Assembly (NCBI GenBank): GCA_964016885.1
Contig: CAXHJY010001444.1
Coordinates: 125,777-189,776, forward strand
Length of the DNA: 64,000 nucleotides
Source of the DNA: Eledone cirrhosa
Lineage: Eukaryota
Reading direction: 5' to 3'
Part shown: positions 59,044 through 64,000 of the stretch, piece by piece
Layout: each line of letters starts with the position of its first letter
Numbering within the stretch: position 1 is the stretch's first letter
Made by a program: the position numbers and the translations under genes
The notes under the pieces: generated by a model
What the model was told of the DNA's origin: nothing
The model's database searches: none
The model's input: only the letters and a program-made list of their open reading frames with translations

Positions 59044-60764
59044 TAACATTATTCTAGAATTTAATTTAATTTAAATGTTAGTTAACCTATAAATTTAATT
59101 TAATTAATATTTTATTACAGATGAGAAAATTTTATGTAATCATTAATTTTGAAAAACCTTTAAATATTACTAATATATATTCAGTAATTTAATTTATAGA
59201 TTAATTTTAACTTATTTTAACCTTTTATTATAATTTTTTAATTTAGTTTAACCTTTTATTATAATTTTTTTTTATTATAATTCTTTTACAGATAAAATAT
59301 AACAAAATAATATCATGTATCCTATGACGGAGAAAGAATTTTTAGTATTATTGACCTAATTAATATACATTTTGGAAATATATTTATTATTTGGTTTTAG
59401 CTTTAATCAACCTAAAACTTTAATTTTAACTTTAATTTGCTTAAAATTAGTATCATTGTACAGACAAATTGCAGAATGTCATGTAATCATAGAATGGGAG
59501 GTGTTTTTGGATATATACCTAGTTAATATATTCTGTGCAAATTTTTTGAAAAAGATATGTATATCTATATGTATATGTATATGTGTGTGTTGTATGTGTA
59601 TCTGTATGTATATTTATGTGACTATATATGTATGTATGTGTATATATATGTATATATATATATATGTATATGTGTATGTATATGTATATGTATGTGTATG
59701 TGTATGTATATGTATATGTATGCGTATTAATTTTGATTTTTATTTGCATATAATTATATTATGCTATTGATGAAATATAATATCTGCTTTATGTATTGTA
59801 TACCTAATTAACATATACTAATTAACATATACTATTGAAATAAATATATAATTTTTAACTTAGTTAACATATAATTTATATGCTACTACCGATGTAATAC
59901 TTTATTTTATTTTTATTTGGGTTTCTTTTCCCTATTCATCTCCTAATATTGATACCATAACGTTATTAACTTTAATTTAGTTATAATGTAATTAATAATC
60001 TACTACTGTTTGACTTCATAATTCTGCCTCAAATATTATAAACCTAACTAATTTACACCTTGGAAATCAATATGTTGACTATCTTTGGTTTAGTTGACAT
60101 ATGATTAATAATATACTTTTTTATTTTGTGATGCATAGATTTCGTATTTCCTAGCACTGAAAATATGTAAGAACATACATTGAATTAAGATATGGAAAAT
60201 ATTATATGTTTCTTGAAACATATATTTACTTTGATCCCCTTCTCCAAACCCCCCCTTTCCCCCATACTATTATCATCTGTTTTTGTAAGTGTATATGTAT
60301 GAATATATGTGTAGATGAGTGTCTATATAATTTTTTTGGTATTTATTTCTAAATATAAAAATACATATATGAGCATGTAAATATGAATGTAAGATTGAGC
60401 GTGTATATATGATTGTACATACATATATATGTATATATATGTATATATATGTATTATATATGTACATTGTGTGTGAATGTGTGATATGTATATGTGTATG
60501 TATATGTATATATGTGTGTGTACGTGTATGCTTTATATAGGAATATATATGTGTGTATATATGTATATATATGTATATGCGTGTTTGTATGTATGTGTAT
60601 ATGGGTTCTGTATATATTTATATGTCTCTCTATTTATATGTTTATCTTCGTATCTATGTGATATATATGTGTGTGTGTGTGTGCGTATGCATATGTATAA
60701 GTTTTGTTGTGTGTTTGTATGTGTGTGTGTATATATATGTATATGTATTTGCGCACACTCACAT

Positions 60765-60802
<38 letters not shown>

Positions 60803-60834
60803 GTGAGTGTGTATGTGTGTCTGTATGTGTGTGC

Positions 60835-60880
<46 letters not shown>

Positions 60881-60906
60881 ATGTATGTGTATGTGTGTGT
60901 ATATAG

Positions 60907-60940
<34 letters not shown>

Positions 60941-61083
60941 GTGTATATAGGTGTCTATGTGTGAATATATGTCTTTATTCGTATGTATGTATTTATATAT
61001 GTTTATATTTAGGTGTATGTATGTATGTGTATGTATGTATGTATGTGTATGTGTGTGTATGTATATGTGTATATGTGTGTATA

Positions 61084-61128
<45 letters not shown>

Positions 61129-61346
61129 CTTTATTATTATTGTAATATAACTTATGTGTATATGTGTATAAGTGAGGTCGTGTATGTATATATACTGTGT
61201 GTATATATAAGAGTAATGAAATATATATATATATATATATATATATGTGCATGTCTGTATTTTATGTGTGTGTGTGGATTTATATATGTGTATGTGTGTA
61301 TATATGTATGTATATATGCATATGTGTGTACGTGTGTGTATGTTGA

Positions 61347-61398
<52 letters not shown>

Positions 61399-61511
61399 TG
61401 GATGTTTGTATGTGTTTTTATGGTGGTATGAGTGTGGGATATATATGTTTGTGTATAAATGTATGTATGTGTATGTATATATATATATGAGTCTACGTGT
61501 GTGTGTGTATA

Positions 61512-61562
<51 letters not shown>

Positions 61563-62332
61563 ATGTATGTATGTGTTGCGCGCGTGTGTGTCCGTATTTA
61601 TATCTTTTTATATGTGTATGAGTATGTTCGTGTAAATGTATGTGTGTGTATGACAGTATAGGTATGTGTGTATGTATGTATGTATAGATATCTCGATGTG
61701 CGCGTACATGTATGTATATGTATGTATATCTGTATGCGTATGTACATTATATTATATGTATTTATATTTTATTGTTTTTATTTTTTTATTTTTCATAATT
61801 TATAGATACATTTATATTAAGGTTGTCTGGTCTGACAGTCTAATACTGACCCCTCCCCCCCCCTCCCACCTAATTTCTGTATCTTGATCTTGAAATGTGT
61901 GTACCAGTGTGTTTATGTGAGTGACTTAATTTCTATTTGCTTATGATTTTATATCCACATATATAAATGTGAGTGGGGGAGTGTGTGTGTTTGTGTGCTC
62001 GTGGTTACGTGTATATTTATATATATACGCACATGTATGTGTGATTATACTGATATGTGTGAGTATGAAAAAAATATATTTATATGCTTGACTCTATAAG
62101 TATCATTGCGTATCTTATCAGCGCATTAAGCTTACAGAGATATTAACCTTGAAATTTTTTATTTGCATCCATCTTTTTAGTATGCACATACAGATTATAC
62201 ACACATTATTGTAAAATGTGTGTAGGGTTTTACATGTATATACACACACCAAACTGCTTTTTAACCCTTTGTGTTTTCATTGGTCAATTTTGAACTGATA
62301 TTTTGAATTGTTGTTATTATCAATAAATATAC

Positions 62333-62487
62333 TTCATTATTTCTGAAGACGGCGTATATATGAGTTAGGTATGTATATTTAATCTTGATAATTTGTATAA
62401 TTTTGTATAATTTTGTACATAGATCTGTTAAATATGCATACCAATTATAACACATATATGCCCTAGAAACGATCGTTAAATAGTGAA
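62333..62487 (+). ncRNA. Type I hammerhead ribozyme fold with extended stem II in the PLE pseudo-LTR
   Basis: Stem I TTCATTATTT/AAATAGTGAA (10 bp); core CTGAAGA 62343-62349; stem II GGCGTATATATG/CACATATATGCC plus GGTATGTATATTTAA/TTAAATATGCATACC; then GAAAC-GATC-GTT with palindromic stem-loop III. Predicted cut after 62477. Confidence 0.75.
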
Positions 62488-62830
62488 CTTTTTTTGTTTA
62501 ATATAAGGAATTGTTTGTTCATTATTTGTTTAATATTTTATCTTGACTCTGTATACCATTTATCTTTCACCGAAATTGGATTTTCATTACATCTCTTCTT
62601 TCCATGATATCCGGAATACATTGAGTTCTTCATACGGATTGGACACTACCGTAAACTCTTGGTAGATTTATCTACATAATTTTGCTCCTATTTTCACGGA
62701 AATATTCGTATTTTTGTACTGTATGTGTGTATTAATTTTATATTTATGTATAAACATATATATATGTATGATTTTGTAAACCCATATACATTTAGTTGAG
62801 CTCTTTCAATTGTCCATCATCCATATCACA

Positions 62831-64000
62831 ATGGAAAAACAATATTTAGGAACCTCCTTAAAAAACATACCAATACCTTCTAAGGACGACTTCTTACTCC
62901 TTATGATTCAGAAAACTAATAATTTTATCAGAAGGGTTAGATGGAGAGCCTACCACTTTGATAGGAAATCTAAACAAGCAGATCGGAAATATATGTATGA
63001 TTTCAACACTTACAAGAATCCACCACACAACTTTTTACTTGAAGACTTCGAGAAAGACCTTTTTAATTTAATTAAACACCTAAAATTTAAAAAGTATAAA
63101 TCCGTCTTTCAAAAGGACCTTGATTCTACCCTATTGGACCTAAAAAAGTCTAAAAAAATCCATGTCCACTCGGACAAAACTGGTAACTTGTATCATATGG
63201 ATATTGAACATTATAATGAGTTCATATATAAAGAACTCAGAAAAAATTATAAAAAATCTAATAATGCGTCACTCACCAACATCAACAACAAAACACACAA
63301 CATAGTAAAAAAACTAAATATTGAAGATAGAACTGAACCTTTGGCATTGAGAGGCCCACACTTCAACCTGAAAGATCACAAATCTAACTTTAACTCTAAT
63401 CCTTCTATTAGACTTATATGTCCCTCCAAATCAGATATTGGAATAATTAGCAAAAAAATTTTAGATAGAGTCATCCCACAAATAAGAAAATACGTTATTT
63501 TACCACTCTGGGAAAACACCTCCCAGGTAATTAATTGGTTTAAAAATATTAGGTGTAAATCTTCTGCTTCTTTCCTACAGTTTGATATAGATAATTATTA
63601 TTCTTCTATATCACCCATACTCCTGAACAAAGCATTAATATTTGCTAAAAATAGATCTAGTTTAACTTCGGATGACATTAACATTATTACACATGCTAGA
63701 CAAACACTTATTGAATTTCAGAATGAATACTGGACCAGAAACACTTATAGTAATCTTTTTGATATTACTATGGGTTCAAGCGATTCTGCCCAAATTACTG
63801 ATCTTGTGGGCCTCTTTCTCCTTTTCAACATAAATGCCTCTTTTCCCCACCTCAAAGGTGGTTTATATCGTGATGACTGTCTTCTTCTTTCTAACAACCT
63901 TAGCCTTTCAGAAATAGAAAAAAACAAAAAGCATATTAGAACTTTCCTTAAAGACTATTATAATCTTAATATTACTTTTGAAAAAACAAGTAAAGTAGTA
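62831..64000 (+). CDS. Penelope-like element reverse transcriptase, N-terminal 390 codons, uninterrupted and running off the window (Hydra-clade-like)
   Basis: Manual translation from ATG 62831 gives MEKQYLGTSLKNIPIPSKDDFLLLMIQKTNNFIRRVRWRAYHF...SDKTGNLY...LKDHK...RLICPSKSDIG...FDIDNYYSSI (motif A)...FDITMGSSDSAQ (motif B')...GLYRDD (motif C). No stop codon up to 64000, which is why it is absent from the ORF track. Confidence 0.93.
   Translation, partial: MEKQYLGTSLKNIPIPSKDDFLLLMIQKTNNFIRRVRWRAYHFDRKSKQADRKYMYDFNTYKNPPHNFLLEDFEKDLFNLIKHLKFKKYKSVFQKDLDSTLLDLKKSKKIHVHSDKTGNLYHMDIEHYNEFIYKELRKNYKKSNNASLTNINNKTHNIVKKLNIEDRTEPLALRGPHFNLKDHKSNFNSNPSIRLICPSKSDIGIISKKILDRVIPQIRKYVILPLWENTSQVINWFKNIRCKSSASFLQFDIDNYYSSISPILLNKALIFAKNRSSLTSDDINIITHARQTLIEFQNEYWTRNTYSNLFDITMGSSDSAQITDLVGLFLLFNINASFPHLKGGLYRDDCLLLSNNLSLSEIEKNKKHIRTFLKDYYNLNITFEKTSKVV

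Larger units (their letters stand above)
55871..62541. repeat. ~2-kb near-perfect inverted repeat (arms 55871-57860 and 60550-62541, spacer ~2.7 kb)
   Basis: Mirror ORFs appear in the track (55957+ / 62455-, 56746- / 61666+). Paired coordinates sum to 118412 at the outer end and 118410 at the inner end, i.e. one 2-bp TA indel. Confidence 0.97.
55871..64000 (+). mobile_element. Young Penelope-like element insertion: inverted pseudo-LTR arm, truncated copy, then tandem copy
   Basis: Inverted arm 55871-57860, EN-coding fragment 57862-59043, 3' UTR to 62541, then 5' leader and RT ORF from 62831. This is the partial-tandem plus inverted organisation known for PLEs. It directly abuts (TA)n. Confidence 0.88.

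Noticed and set aside
56525-61887. Many MCVY/YIYI ORFs in mirror pairs
   Set aside because: Microsatellite-like PLE UTR duplicated in the inverted arms; not coding.
57862-64000. Possible N-terminal-EN (Naiad-type) or selenoprotein PLE, since EN lies upstream of RT
   Set aside because: The EN is preceded by RT thumb sequence, ends in a stop and is 3.8 kb from the RT start, so this is a tandem of C-terminal-EN copies. No in-frame TGA was seen.

Overview
AT-rich eukaryotic intergenic or intronic DNA, dense in microsatellites. The SINE and microsatellite landscape suggests an octopus or other coleoid cephalopod (inference). I found no host exon, RNA gene or CRISPR array. The window is a patchwork of retroelements: at least four insertions of Penelope-like elements (PLEs, RT plus C-terminal GIY-YIG), a near full-length decayed RTE LINE, R4/Dong-like and CR1-like LINE scraps, many tRNA-derived SINEs and two hAT-type MITEs. 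The main structure is at 51.3-64 kb. A 4.6-kb (TA)n tract abuts a young Hydra-clade-like PLE insertion built as an inverted 2-kb pseudo-LTR arm, then a 5'-truncated EN copy with a 3.5-kb 3' UTR, then a tandem copy whose intact RT ORF starts at 62831 (missing from the ORF track). Its pseudo-LTR carries a type I hammerhead ribozyme fold with an unusually long (~115 nt) stem II. Also seen by eye: several other hammerhead folds (two with a U3-A8 covariant core), an HDV-like ribozyme fold at the 5' end of the RTE, a C-terminal-EN PLE with a ~70-aa insertion between RT motifs A and B', and fold-back insertions in (TA)n at scales from 80 bp to 6.7 kb. Family names come from motif recognition, not database searches. 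The long [12 protein letters not shown] ORFs are microsatellite artefacts.
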